Origin: Candidatus Latescibacterota bacterium
GTDB taxonomy: Bacteria; Latescibacterota; UBA2968; UBA8231
DNA length: 64,000 nucleotides
Assembly (NCBI GenBank): GCA_965203355.1
Contig: OZ241889.1
Coordinates: 2,976,001 to 3,040,000, forward strand
Direction: 5' to 3'
Shown here: one piece after another, positions 20,244 to 30,462 of the stretch
How the letters are laid out: every line of letters starts with the position of its first letter
How positions within the stretch are numbered: position 1 is the first letter of the stretch
Made by a program: the position numbers and the translations under genes
Notes under the pieces: model-generated
What the model saw: the letters and a program-made list of their open reading frames with translations, nothing else
The model's database searches: none
Told to the model about the DNA's origin: nothing

Positions 20244-21431
20244 TCATATAATGCCCTCGGCCTGCAACGCCGCTATCTCTTCCTCCGTCAGCCCCAACAC
20301 GCCGCCTAAGACCTGCTCGGTGTGCTGCCCCAACAAGGGCGCCGGCCCGCGCAACTCGACCGGCGTCGCAGAAAACCGCAGCGGTGAGTTGGCCACCGTT
20401 TGTCGGCCCGCGACTGGATGCTCCAACTCGACGATCATCTTCCGCGCCGCCACCTGCTCATCGCCAAAGACCTGTTCCACATCGCACAACGGCCCGCTCG
20501 GCACACCGGCCGCCGCTAGTATGGCGCACCATTCATCAACGGTTTTATCGGCCAACACCGGCTCCAACACCGACTCCAAGGCCGCGTGATTTTCCGTGCG
20601 CAGCGCGTTGTTGGCAAAACGCGGATCGTCGGCCAGCGAACTGAGGCCCAAGGCATCGCAAAGCTGACGCCAGAGCCGGTCGTTGCCCGCCGCAATGACG
20701 ATGTACCCATCGCGGGCGGCAAAAAACTGAAAAGGCGTAATGGCCGGATGCCGCGACCCGAGCGGCTTGGGCACTTCGCCGGATACGGCGTAGCGGGCGA
20801 GGGCATTTTCCAGCAGGGCCACCTGACAGTCGAGCATGGAAATATCGACTTGCTGCCCCTCGCCAGTGCGCCGCGCCCGATCCAAGGCCGCGAGGATGCC
20901 GATGGCCCCAAAAAGCGCCGCACTCAAGTCGGCCATGGACGAGCCGACCCGCACCGGCGGACCGTCGGGCTGTCCGGTGATGCTGGCCAGCCCCCCCATC
21001 GCCTGGATGAGCACGTCGTACGCGGGCCGCTGCGCGTACGGGCCGGTCTGGCCAAAACCCGAAATCGACGCGTACACTAAGCGCGGATACCGCGCATGCA
21101 GGTCGGTGTATCCCAAACCGAAGCGATCCATGCTGCCGGGACGAAAGTTCTCAATCAACACGTCGCACTCGCCAGCCAAACGCCGCGCCAAATCTTGGCC
21201 ACGCGCCTGCCGCAAGTCGATCGTCGCGCTTTTTTTGCCTCGGTTGACGCTGGCAAAGTACGCGCTCTCGCCGTTTTGAAACGGCCCAAACCCCCGCGCC
21301 TCATCGCCCACACCCGGTAGCTCGATCTTGATCACTTCCGCGCCCAAGTCGGCCAACACCATGGACGCGTACGGCCCGGCCAACACCCGCGTCAAGTCGA
21401 GTATCCGCACGCCAGCCAATAAAGGTTCCAT
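20244..21431 (-). CDS. CaiB/BaiF class III CoA transferase
   Basis: RILDLTRVLAGPY, NRGKKS, ENFRPG, GFGQTGPY. Confidence 0.93.
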   Translation of the reverse strand: MEPLLAGVRILDLTRVLAGPYASMVLADLGAEVIKIELPGVGDEARGFGPFQNGESAYFASVNRGKKSATIDLRQARGQDLARRLAGECDVLIENFRPGSMDRFGLGYTDLHARYPRLVYASISGFGQTGPYAQRPAYDVLIQAMGGLASITGQPDGPPVRVGSSMADLSAALFGAIGILAALDRARRTGEGQQVDISMLDCQVALLENALARYAVSGEVPKPLGSRHPAITPFQFFAARDGYIVIAAGNDRLWRQLCDALGLSSLADDPRFANNALRTENHAALESVLEPVLADKTVDEWCAILAAAGVPSGPLCDVEQVFGDEQVAARKMIVELEHPVAGRQTVANSPLRFSATPVELRGPAPLLGQHTEQVLGGVLGLTEEEIAALQAEGII

Positions 21432-21432
21432 C

Positions 21433-23139
21433 TCAATCTCCTTGGGGCGCGGCGAGCAAACCGGCTCCTTCGCCGGGCACGGCCATCGTCAACGCCGGCT
21501 CATGGCCTAACTCCGTGCGCAACATCGCGGCAAACGCATCGCGGCGTTCCCCATCGACGAATGCCCGGTGGACTAAGCCGCCGATGTTGCCACCCCAACC
21601 AGCCCCCAACCGCTGCACGGCTCCCGCTGTTGGTCCCTCGGCGGCGAGAAAGCGATTGACCACCCGCGCGGTCCGATCATAGGCCGGCGTCATCCGCCCG
21701 TAGCCCCCGGGCAAAAAGCGCAGTTGCGCCCGCGCTTCCCCGCGCTCGGCGCACGCGGCAAGCTGCGCCAAGACCTGGTCTTCAACTTCCCGGTCCAGAT
21801 CGCCGTCGTGGGAAAGGCGAATCAATGCTAGGGCCGTGGCCATATCGCCCGCATTGAGGTATGCGAGCATACCAGCCACCCGGTCCTGCTCGGCCAAGCC
21901 GTAAACGCAGCGCCGGCGAATAAACAACGGCGTGTCCTCGGCTAAGAGTTGAAACTTGCCGGCGATCTCTTGCTGGTACATGGCGTCGAAATGCGCCCCG
22001 ACGCCAGCCGCTTGCGCGGCAGTGGCTAGCTGCGCCAGACTAGTCTGCCGCGGCAACTGGCCCAAGACTCGGTATAGCTCGGCCAGCGACAACTCCAACG
22101 GCTCGGGCGCAATATCCCGGATGTAGCGAATGCGCTCGCATACGGCCCGGTCTTTGCCCAGTCGCGGCAAAATCAGCGAGCGAGCGATAAACGCGCCGAG
22201 CGGATAGGCGATGACCGTCTCTTCCTTGACGGCCTCGTCGTATGCGCGCACGATGCCGCTGTCGAGCACTAAAGCGGCGTACTCGTCGGGCAGGATCGCC
22301 TCGCCTTGCACGCGGGCCGGAAAGACGCCGACGCCGACCAGTTTGCCCGCCCGACCCAAGATCATCCCTCCGTGATCAGCCGTGCCGCCGCGCGTACCGC
22401 GCATCCACTCCGAGGTGCCCAGCCCATCGACCAAATCCGCTTCGGGCATATCGCGGCGCGGTGCCAATCCATGCACCCCCATCGCCGCCAACGCGGTCGC
22501 CACAACTAGGGCCGAAGACGAACTCATACCCCCACTGGGCGAGACATTGCTCCACACGAGCCCGTCGAAGCCGCCCAAAGCCACGCGACCGCGAAAGTAA
22601 CTCTCCAAATACACGAGTTGGCCTTCCACCAGCGCGGACCAGTCGCGGGCTAGGGCACTACCCGTGCGCGCTAATCGCTGGCGGCAAACTTGGCCCGCGT
22701 AGTCCATCAGCGCCTGCCGCTCAGCCACGCACGCCTGCGGCAGAATCGTCCCCAACGCTAGCGCAATGGGCGCGAAGCGATCCGCGGCCGCCCCGCGGCT
22801 GCGCAGCAAGCTGGCCAGCCGCACTCGACGACTGGCGGTTGCCCGCGCCACCACCAACGTATCCGCGCCGCGCACGGCCATCCGCACCGAGGGCATGCCT
22901 CCGTAGTCAATGTGCATCCCCATGACATTCATCTGCCCGGGACAGCGGACGATGACCACGCGGCCGTAGCGGCCGTAGCGCGCGGCAAAGTGCCGCAGGG
23001 CTTCCAAGTAATTGGCCCGCCAAGCCGCCACCTGCTCCCGCCCATAGATCCGCCTGAACTCGCCGTCGAAGCGGCCCTGCTCAATGGCGGCTTGCCACTG
23101 GTCTAGACTCGCTGTATAGGGATTGTTAGAGCGCACCAT
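21433..23139 (-). CDS. Divergent GHMP kinase (galactokinase-like)
   Basis: CPGQMNVMGMHIDY, SPSGGMSSSSA, GGTADH, LGAGWGG. Confidence 0.75.
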   Translation of the reverse strand: MVRSNNPYTASLDQWQAAIEQGRFDGEFRRIYGREQVAAWRANYLEALRHFAARYGRYGRVVIVRCPGQMNVMGMHIDYGGMPSVRMAVRGADTLVVARATASRRVRLASLLRSRGAAADRFAPIALALGTILPQACVAERQALMDYAGQVCRQRLARTGSALARDWSALVEGQLVYLESYFRGRVALGGFDGLVWSNVSPSGGMSSSSALVVATALAAMGVHGLAPRRDMPEADLVDGLGTSEWMRGTRGGTADHGGMILGRAGKLVGVGVFPARVQGEAILPDEYAALVLDSGIVRAYDEAVKEETVIAYPLGAFIARSLILPRLGKDRAVCERIRYIRDIAPEPLELSLAELYRVLGQLPRQTSLAQLATAAQAAGVGAHFDAMYQQEIAGKFQLLAEDTPLFIRRRCVYGLAEQDRVAGMLAYLNAGDMATALALIRLSHDGDLDREVEDQVLAQLAACAERGEARAQLRFLPGGYGRMTPAYDRTARVVNRFLAAEGPTAGAVQRLGAGWGGNIGGLVHRAFVDGERRDAFAAMLRTELGHEPALTMAVPGEGAGLLAAPQGD

Positions 23140-25378
23140 CCACGCTCAGAGAGATGCGGCGCAAGGGGCGTATTTGGCGCTCGATCGTCGCGTAGTAATA
23201 CTGCAGCGCATTGTCCACCCGCAGGTTGATCTGCAGGACGCCTAGCTTGCGGCTCAACTGCACATCGAGCAAGTAAATGGGCACATAGTCGCGCCCACAC
23301 TCGGCAAACAGGCCGGATACTCGTTCAAAACGGCTGAGGTATTGGAAGTTTACCTGCCCACTCGTGGGGCCGCGCTTCCCCTCGAGACCCAGATTGAGGA
23401 CGTGGCGCGACCGGTAAGGCAGCGGTGCCCGCGCACCGTAGTCGCCGTGGCAATAAGGCGGCAACACTTGATCCGCCGCGAGAAACTCCACGCCATCAAC
23501 CAAGGTATAGGCCGCCCTAGCCCCCAAGCCCAGCGGCAGGGCAACCCAGAGCTCGCTTTCAAACCCACCGCCCCGCGCCCGCGCCAAGTTCAGGAAGCGC
23601 GCCACGGGTACCGTCCCGCCGGCATAGGGGTCTGGACGCGCCTCAATCAGCCCGCGGTACTCGTTCCAAAACACGGCCATATCCAACGCCAACCACGGCG
23701 CCAACTCCTGTTTAACCCCGATCTCGCTCGACCAAGCCCGCTCGGGATCCAAGGCCGGGTTGGGACAGACCCGAATACCAGAGGCCTCGGCTTGAGAAAA
23801 AACCTCGAGCACCGATGGCACGCGAAAACCCCGGCCGATCGAAGCCCGCAGCGCAGTCGCCTCGGACAGCCGATAGGAAAAGCCGGTCTGGGGGCTAAAT
23901 TCCCCTACACTTTTACTCTCGACCGGCGGCGCTCCGCACGGCCCTTCGGTCAACTGAGAAGCCGCCGAGCGCCGACTCCAGTCGTAGCGCAACCCGACGG
24001 TCCACTCGGCCAGCGGACTGAGCTCGTACACGCCTTGGGCATAGCCCGAGGTGGTTATCAGGGAACGCGTACCGAGAAAATCGCTGGGCGAGCGCACCAG
24101 ATCGGCCACTGAGGCCAACCCCAGCGTCCAATTCCAACCGCGCAATCCCGTGTAGTCGAGCTGACCTTCGCCCGAAATTTTGTGCCCATCCGAGACCAAG
24201 CCGCCAGCCGCCGCATTGTTGGTAAAACCCGTGCGGTAATATCCCGTCTTAAGTCGATAGCCTAACTCGCTGTGTACCAAGCGATAGTACTCAGAATTGA
24301 GGTGTAGCTTCCACGAGTTCGTATGGGCCGGGGCGTCGTTTTCTGGCACGGCCAGCGGATGGCTGCGGTCGCGCCACTGGATGAAAACCCCGTGGTCGTC
24401 CAGTGCCCAATGGCCCATCACGCGCCAATAGCTCGTCGGCGAGAACCGATGTATCGCCTTGGTATAGAGGTGATAGCGGCGATTGTCGCCGTTTTGGTGG
24501 TATCCCGTGCCCCGGTTGTGGCCCCCGCTCAGCGCCAAGCCGGTCCGCCCCAACACCCGCTGGTGGCTTACGTCGAATCCGACAAAGTGCATCGGCGACT
24601 CGCTCCAGCGCCACGGGCTATACGCTGGCTGGCTATACAACCCACTGAGCAGCCGAAAGCGGGTGCCCGGATCGCGTGCTGGATCGCGGGTGAGCACGTT
24701 GATCACCCCACCCAACGCTCCGGTGCCGTACAGGGCCGAGCCAGCCCCTTTGACCACCTCCACGCGCTCGACTTGCTGTAAGGGCACGGCATCCCACTTG
24801 ATGTCGCCCAGATCCGACGACAGCATTGGGAATCCATCCACCAACATCAGCAGCCGACTGCCCGTGCCGCGACTGTAGCCGCTCGAACCGCGGACGACCG
24901 GCTCGCTACCTACTTGGCTGATGCCCGAGACATAGCGCAGGGGGCCAGTCAGCGAGAAGGCGTTGTGCGCGGCGATGCGCTCGGCATCGGCTACTGAGAT
25001 GCTAATGGGAGCTTGGGCAAAGGTCTGAGAGCGGCGGGCAGCCGAGACGACCAGCTCGGGCACTGCGACCGCTGTCGGTTCGAGGGCGACGACGCGTTCC
25101 TCGGCTCCGGGCGCAACGCCGCGCAGCGCGTACGAGCGATAGCCAATATGCGAACAAAGCAGATCGTATTGGCCGGGCGGCAAGCCCTCGACCCGGGCGT
25201 AGCCTTCTTCGTTGGCGGACCCGCCAAATTCCGTCCCCAGCACCGCCAACGTCGCGCCAGGCAGTGGGGTTTGGTCGCTGGCGTCGAGGACGCGGACGAC
25301 GATATCAGCGGCCGAGCTCGGCCAGCAATTCAGCAGGCAAAGCGCGCTCGCATAGCGCAGTGCTGCGATCGGTCTCAT
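23126..25378 (-). CDS. TonB-dependent receptor (start uncertain)
   Basis: Carboxypeptidase-regulatory-like N-domain, plug VERVEVVKGAGSALYGTGALGGVIN, NPALDPERAWS. Confidence 0.88.
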   Translation of the reverse strand: MRPIAALRYASALCLLNCWPSSAADIVVRVLDASDQTPLPGATLAVLGTEFGGSANEEGYARVEGLPPGQYDLLCSHIGYRSYALRGVAPGAEERVVALEPTAVAVPELVVSAARRSQTFAQAPISISVADAERIAAHNAFSLTGPLRYVSGISQVGSEPVVRGSSGYSRGTGSRLLMLVDGFPMLSSDLGDIKWDAVPLQQVERVEVVKGAGSALYGTGALGGVINVLTRDPARDPGTRFRLLSGLYSQPAYSPWRWSESPMHFVGFDVSHQRVLGRTGLALSGGHNRGTGYHQNGDNRRYHLYTKAIHRFSPTSYWRVMGHWALDDHGVFIQWRDRSHPLAVPENDAPAHTNSWKLHLNSEYYRLVHSELGYRLKTGYYRTGFTNNAAAGGLVSDGHKISGEGQLDYTGLRGWNWTLGLASVADLVRSPSDFLGTRSLITTSGYAQGVYELSPLAEWTVGLRYDWSRRSAASQLTEGPCGAPPVESKSVGEFSPQTGFSYRLSEATALRASIGRGFRVPSVLEVFSQAEASGIRVCPNPALDPERAWSSEIGVKQELAPWLALDMAVFWNEYRGLIEARPDPYAGGTVPVARFLNLARARGGGFESELWVALPLGLGARAAYTLVDGVEFLAADQVLPPYCHGDYGARAPLPYRSRHVLNLGLEGKRGPTSGQVNFQYLSRFERVSGLFAECGRDYVPIYLLDVQLSRKLGVLQINLRVDNALQYYYATIERQIRPLRRISLSVDGAL

Positions 25379-25817
25379 GGTCCAATACAGCGAAATTGAC
25401 CTCGATGTCGATGCCGGAGACAACCTCCCCGGGGCCGACTTCCACCGGCGAAGGGCGGTCGGCTTCGGGCAGGTAATAGCAGCCCAAAAGCGAGGTAAGA
25501 TCCCAGAACTGATCCTCGCGGCGCCAAGCCACGACAATCCACTGATATACGCCTTCTCCATCTAAGGGGACGAAATAGTCGTACGACTCGACCCGGAGCG
25601 CGACCTCGGTATCCCAGCCGTTGATTCGCAAAAAATCGGCCAGCGAAGCAGGGGGCGCGCGATAGACGGCCACGGCCACCTGCCCCACGTTGGCAGGCCA
25701 CTCGCCGACAAAGCGCAGCTGGCCAGCGATGCCAGCCTGCCCAGTGGCCTCGGCGTCGAGCCCGCGGTCGCAGCCCCAGCACAAGGCCAAGGCCGCGACC
25801 CAACGCCAAAACGGCAC
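25305..25817 (-). CDS. Putative lipoprotein
   Basis: Signal with LCWGC lipobox-like motif; directly upstream of the TonB receptor. Confidence 0.6.
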   Translation of the reverse strand: MPFWRWVAALALCWGCDRGLDAEATGQAGIAGQLRFVGEWPANVGQVAVAVYRAPPASLADFLRINGWDTEVALRVESYDYFVPLDGEGVYQWIVVAWRREDQFWDLTSLLGCYYLPEADRPSPVEVGPGEVVSGIDIEVNFAVLDHETDRSTALCERALPAELLAELGR

Positions 25818-25820
25818 GGC

Positions 25821-26324
25821 CTACTCGGCCGCGGCTGCCGCTTCGGCCGCGGCCGAAAGTTCCGCGACGTCAAATTCTGTATCGTCGATGGTTATAGTCC
25901 CGGTCGCCGATAAATCGGTGCCTTCGACGGCAATCGCCATGTCCAGCACGAGTTCGGCGTCCTGGGAGCCAGACAGGACAATCGTCCCGCTCAGCGGAAT
26001 GGGCGTCTCCGACGCCACGACGGTCAAGGTGCCGTTGATTATCAACTCGCCGTCGGGCGAATAATCCTGCAACGTCCATTCGTTGCCTTCGATGGTCACC
26101 GAGCCACCGCCCTCGCCTGCCACTTCCGTCCCACCGACCAACACGGTGAAGAAGACACTCGTAAAACTTTCGACCAACGTGCCGTACAAGCCAACAACGG
26201 CCGGCGGAATCTCAGCCGGCGGCTCAGGCTGCACGGGTGCGGCTTTGTCGTCGTCGCCACAGGCGGCCAGCCCCAGCGCGCCGCAAAGGAATAAGGCCGT
26301 TGTTTTATCCAGCCATTTGCGCAT
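25821..26324 (-). CDS. Putative acidic lipoprotein
   Basis: LGLAAC lipobox followed by GDDDK; GGAGG RBS. Confidence 0.7.
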   Translation of the reverse strand: MRKWLDKTTALFLCGALGLAACGDDDKAAPVQPEPPAEIPPAVVGLYGTLVESFTSVFFTVLVGGTEVAGEGGGSVTIEGNEWTLQDYSPDGELIINGTLTVVASETPIPLSGTIVLSGSQDAELVLDMAIAVEGTDLSATGTITIDDTEFDVAELSAAAEAAAAAE

Positions 26325-26400
26325 GATACTATCCTCCAATTAAGGAATTAAGTACGCCAAGCCATGCCCGACGCACAGAATGGTAAATAGACCGCCCCGC

Positions 26401-27507
26401 TCAAGAGGCGATTTCGTGCCCCCGAACGTAGCGTCCCAAGGCTTTTTCGTCCAGCACACAGCCCAACCCCGGCTGCATGGGCGTGGGCACGTATCCATCG
26501 ACAAAGGGAATCGGCTCGACGATCAGATCGTCCTCGCGGGTCCAACTCCCGACAAAATCCGAGGCCATCGTGCAGTTGGGCGCGGCCGCGGCCGCGTGGA
26601 CGTATGCCGTATCGACAATCCCCAAGTCGTTGCCCGAGCCGTGCCAGCAACGCAGGCCCGCGGCAGCCGCTATGGCCGCGTTCTTCTGAAAGCCAACGAG
26701 ACTACCGCCCAAATTCAGGCAATCGACGACCTCGGCCTTAATGGCGCGGATGATAGCCGGTCCACTCCCCACGTGCATGGCCACCGGCAGGTTGATGGCC
26801 TCGTGGATCTGGATATAGCCTGCTAAATCGGACTTGGGGATTGGGTCTTCAAACACCTCGACATTGCCCACGGCCGCTAGCTGCTGCGCCAACTCAATGG
26901 TCTGCTCGGCTGTGTGGAAGCGCTCGTTGGGATCGACCGTCACCTTGAAATCCACCCCGCCCACCTCGCGCATGGCCGCGAGCCTTTCGACCATCGGCTC
27001 CTCGATCTTGCACTTGATCTTGACGCCTTTGAACCCGTGCGCGAGTGCGCGCTCGACCGCTCGCTTGCCGTCTTCCGGCGTCTGATGCCCCATCCAGTAG
27101 TCGGCCCGCACCCGGTCGCGCACCGCACCGCCCAACAGCGCGTGTACTGGCACCTGACGCGCCTGGCCCACCAAGTCAAAAACCGCCATCTCAAAGGCAT
27201 CGTACGCCGGACCAGCCCCCACCGTCGGCAGTTCCTCGGTGCCGTCGCGACGAGCAGCAAAAATATCCTGCGCGATTAACAGCTCAGGGTCTTTGCCCAA
27301 GAGTTGGGTGGCCCCCTCTCTGACTTGTTCTATGGGGACGCCGCGCCCGGTCTCGCCGAGGCCCACCAGTTCGGTATCCGTATTCAGGCGCACGATGTGT
27401 TTGGGCACTTGGTCCCACCCGGTTTCGGCGACCCATTCCGGGCTGTGTACCCGTCCGGGTATCGTCGGCACCACTACGGTCCAAATATGTACAGCCGTTA
27501 TTTTCAT
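26401..27507 (-). CDS. Mandelate racemase/muconate lactonizing enzyme (enolase superfamily)
   Basis: GLGET, AVFDLVG, KIK, VDPNE, FEDP. Confidence 0.85.
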   Translation of the reverse strand: MKITAVHIWTVVVPTIPGRVHSPEWVAETGWDQVPKHIVRLNTDTELVGLGETGRGVPIEQVREGATQLLGKDPELLIAQDIFAARRDGTEELPTVGAGPAYDAFEMAVFDLVGQARQVPVHALLGGAVRDRVRADYWMGHQTPEDGKRAVERALAHGFKGVKIKCKIEEPMVERLAAMREVGGVDFKVTVDPNERFHTAEQTIELAQQLAAVGNVEVFEDPIPKSDLAGYIQIHEAINLPVAMHVGSGPAIIRAIKAEVVDCLNLGGSLVGFQKNAAIAAAAGLRCWHGSGNDLGIVDTAYVHAAAAAPNCTMASDFVGSWTREDDLIVEPIPFVDGYVPTPMQPGLGCVLDEKALGRYVRGHEIAS

Positions 27508-28568
27508 GGGATGAAACTCGTCCTTTCATCGACGGTCAGCGCAAACTCCGCCAATAACTGGGCGGTGTGGTCCAAGTCGGCCAAGGACGCGACTTCGACC
27601 GGCGTGTGCATGTAGCGCTGCGGTACGCTGACCAAGCCGGTGGCCACGCCAGCCCGACTGAGCTGAATAGCGTTGGCGTCCGTGCCCGTACCGGCTGGGT
27701 CGGCTTGAATCTGATAGGGAATTTTCTTCTTTTTGGCCACCTGTACCAGCCGCTCATGCACGACTGGATTGGCGTTGGCTCCGCGCAAAATGACCGGCCC
27801 GCCGCCTAGCTTGCACTCGCCGACTTGGCGCTTATCAATGTCTGGGTGATCGGTCGCCCAAGTAACATCTACGGCAAGGCCCACCAGCGGATCGATTCCG
27901 TAGGTGCTGGTCTTGGCTCCCCGCAGCCCCACCTCCTCCTGTACGGTAGCCACCGCATACACGGCGGCGCGGCATTTGCGCTTGGCGCGGCCGACCCGCC
28001 TGAGTGCCTCAGCGACGACCCAAGCACCGGCCTTATTGTCAATCCCCCGCGACATCACCAGTCCATTGCGTAGCTCTTCAAAGTTGGCGTCGTAGGTCGC
28101 CGGGTCGCCGATGGCCACCAGTTGCCGCGCTTCGTTCGCGTCGGCTGCGCCGATGTCGATCCACAAGTCGTGTTTGTCCGGTACTTTGGTGCGATCCGCC
28201 GCCTTCATCAGGTGGATGGGCTTTTTGCCCAACACGCCCAAGACCGGCCCTTGCGCCGTGTGGATGCGCACCTTGCGGCCCGGCACGATCTGCAAGTCAA
28301 AGCCGCCGATGGTGTCAAAGTACAGATAGCCTTTGTCGTCGATGTAAACGATCTGGAAACCCAACTCGTCGGCGTGCCCGGCGAACATGATCTTGGAGCC
28401 ACCCGCCTCGTTGTAGCAGCCAATGGTGTTGCCGTGTACATCGACTTCGACGCGGTCCGCGTACTTTTTCACGGCGTCCTTCCATACGGCCCGCACTGGC
28501 CCCTCGTAACCCGAAGGACCCGGGGCACTGAGTAAATCGACGAGAAACTGCTTGGATGCTGGGCGCAT
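27504..28568 (-). CDS. M42 family metallopeptidase
   Basis: PSGYE, GHADELG, IDNKAG, QEEVGLRGA, GTDA, RYMHTP. Confidence 0.93.
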   Translation of the reverse strand: MRPASKQFLVDLLSAPGPSGYEGPVRAVWKDAVKKYADRVEVDVHGNTIGCYNEAGGSKIMFAGHADELGFQIVYIDDKGYLYFDTIGGFDLQIVPGRKVRIHTAQGPVLGVLGKKPIHLMKAADRTKVPDKHDLWIDIGAADANEARQLVAIGDPATYDANFEELRNGLVMSRGIDNKAGAWVVAEALRRVGRAKRKCRAAVYAVATVQEEVGLRGAKTSTYGIDPLVGLAVDVTWATDHPDIDKRQVGECKLGGGPVILRGANANPVVHERLVQVAKKKKIPYQIQADPAGTGTDANAIQLSRAGVATGLVSVPQRYMHTPVEVASLADLDHTAQLLAEFALTVDERTSFIP

Positions 28569-28583
28569 AAGTCTCCTTCTAGT

Positions 28584-30035
28584 CTAAATGTCATGTCGCG
28601 GTTTATAATAGGTGCCGATGGCGCAGACCGCCGCGTTGACGACGAGCCCAAGCACCCCGGCGTGAAAGCCCCCGATCATCGGCTTGCCGCCCAAGGTCAA
28701 CCCCACTGCCACCGCCAGCCCGCACACCATGCCGGTCAGCGCGGTCCGCGCCGACAGCCGCTGCCAGTACAGCCCCAAAAAGAAACAGGGCACAACCTGG
28801 ATGAGGATCTCGAACTTCAATTCTAGGAGGCGGACTAAGGTGATGTCCACGCCAATCGCCACCCAGACTAAGGCGATGACGATCACCCAAGTACTGATTT
28901 TGCCCACTTTTGTCAGCTCGGCCTCTTTGGCTTGGGGCCGGAAATAGGGCAGGTACACGTCCTTGGTGAACATCGACGAGATCGACAAGAGCGCCGAATC
29001 GGCCGTTGACATCAGCGCGGCCAGCGCAGCGGCGAAGACCGCCACCACCAGCCAGTAGGCCAGCGCGGAATCACCCATCACCATCGCGCAGAGCCGAGCC
29101 AACACTTGGTCGCTGTCTTCTCGGCTTAGCTCGGGCAAGGCCACGGCGGCCGTCAGGCCGCAGATCAAGGCTACCAAGGTTGTAGTAAGCGGCATGAAAG
29201 CCATCAGGATCAGCGAGCGTTTGAGCACCGCCACCGAGCGGCTGGCGTAGAGCCGCTGAATGGCCTGCGGATAAATGGCCGCACCGCACCCTAGGAGCAG
29301 AGCGTAGCTAATCCACTTGTTCGCGCCCTCCAAGCTGGGTGCTTGGACCTTGGACGGATCCATTTCGCTGAGTTGGGCAACCACCTGCGCCAAGCCTCCC
29401 CACTTTGCCGGAATGAGGAAGACCAAGATACCAAATCCCAGCAACAGGACCGCCCCCTGCATGACATCGGTCCACGCCACCGAGCGCATCCCTCCGAGGG
29501 TCTCGTACACGACCATGATCACCGCTAGGCCGATGATGCCGTACGCGGCCGGGACGGCCCCACTGGTGATCCCTTCTACGGCCGCGCCCATAGCCGCAAG
29601 CTGGGCCAGTGCGTAGTTGCACAAGGCGTAGATCATCAAAACCGTACTCAGCAGGGTCAGTACCGGCGAGGAGAAGCGATAGGAGATATAGTCACCCGGG
29701 GTGATGAACCCCTCGCGGCGCGCTAGTGCCACAAGGCGCGGGGCAAAGAGCATGTAGCCGACGATGACCGAAAACATAAAGAGCACCGACGCCGTCCACT
29801 CAAAGCCGATGCGATAGGTTTTGCCCGTGTAGCCAAAGAGTGTGTTGCCGCTGTATTGGGTAGCGTACAGCGTCAGGAAGAGCACGGCCAAGCCCATTGA
29901 GCGCCCGGCCAGATAGAAGTCGGCCATGCTGTTGGAGCGCCGCTTCTGCCGCGCAATCCAGCCCACGCCGATCATGGACAGCAGATACAGCCCCACCGCC
30001 ACGAGCGCGCCCGGACCAAAGGCCAGTTGGTCCAT
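28584..30035 (-). CDS. Sodium:solute symporter (SSS) family
   Basis: DFYLAGRSMG, GGMRSVAWTD, AALMSTADS, about 13 TM helices. Confidence 0.92.
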   Translation of the reverse strand: MDQLAFGPGALVAVGLYLLSMIGVGWIARQKRRSNSMADFYLAGRSMGLAVLFLTLYATQYSGNTLFGYTGKTYRIGFEWTASVLFMFSVIVGYMLFAPRLVALARREGFITPGDYISYRFSSPVLTLLSTVLMIYALCNYALAQLAAMGAAVEGITSGAVPAAYGIIGLAVIMVVYETLGGMRSVAWTDVMQGAVLLLGFGILVFLIPAKWGGLAQVVAQLSEMDPSKVQAPSLEGANKWISYALLLGCGAAIYPQAIQRLYASRSVAVLKRSLILMAFMPLTTTLVALICGLTAAVALPELSREDSDQVLARLCAMVMGDSALAYWLVVAVFAAALAALMSTADSALLSISSMFTKDVYLPYFRPQAKEAELTKVGKISTWVIVIALVWVAIGVDITLVRLLELKFEILIQVVPCFFLGLYWQRLSARTALTGMVCGLAVAVGLTLGGKPMIGGFHAGVLGLVVNAAVCAIGTYYKPRHDI

Positions 30036-30275
30036 CTAGCCGGCCTCCTCGCCTTCGGTCCAGTAGCGGCGAATCACAAAGCCCGTCCAAGCGGCCAACA
30101 GCAGCACCGCCCCCAACGACACCGCCACCCAAAGCGGAAAGCCCAGCACCAGCGGCCCGCGATACCCGGCGGGCCAGTACCAAGGAACGGCCAGCGCGTA
30201 GAGCAGCAAATAGACGATCCAGACATAGCCGACCTTGCGCGGCTCGGCGACGAGTTGTTCTTGAGCATCATTCAT
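30036..30275 (-). CDS. Small 2-TM SSS accessory protein (DUF3311-like)
   Basis: VPWYWP...LGFPLW; immediately upstream of the SSS gene. Confidence 0.7.
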   Translation of the reverse strand: MNDAQEQLVAEPRKVGYVWIVYLLLYALAVPWYWPAGYRGPLVLGFPLWVAVSLGAVLLLAAWTGFVIRRYWTEGEEAG

Positions 30276-30462
30276 AAGCAGCAAATCAAAGCGCATACAC
30301 CGGAATTGACAAGGCCGCTTGCGCGTACGGAGCGTTCCACAATCGCCTTGGAAACGCTGGCCATCTCGCAAAAAAACCGGCCGCATTTACTTCGTTGGCC
30401 TATTTGGCCTATTTATATTTATCGCCTATTCCCAGTAAAATTAGGTCGCAGGAGGTTCTTCA

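Noticed and set aside
24989-24999. GGCTACTGAGA matching the 3' part of the CRISPR-like repeat
   Set aside because: An 11-nt match inside the TonB receptor CDS is compatible with chance.
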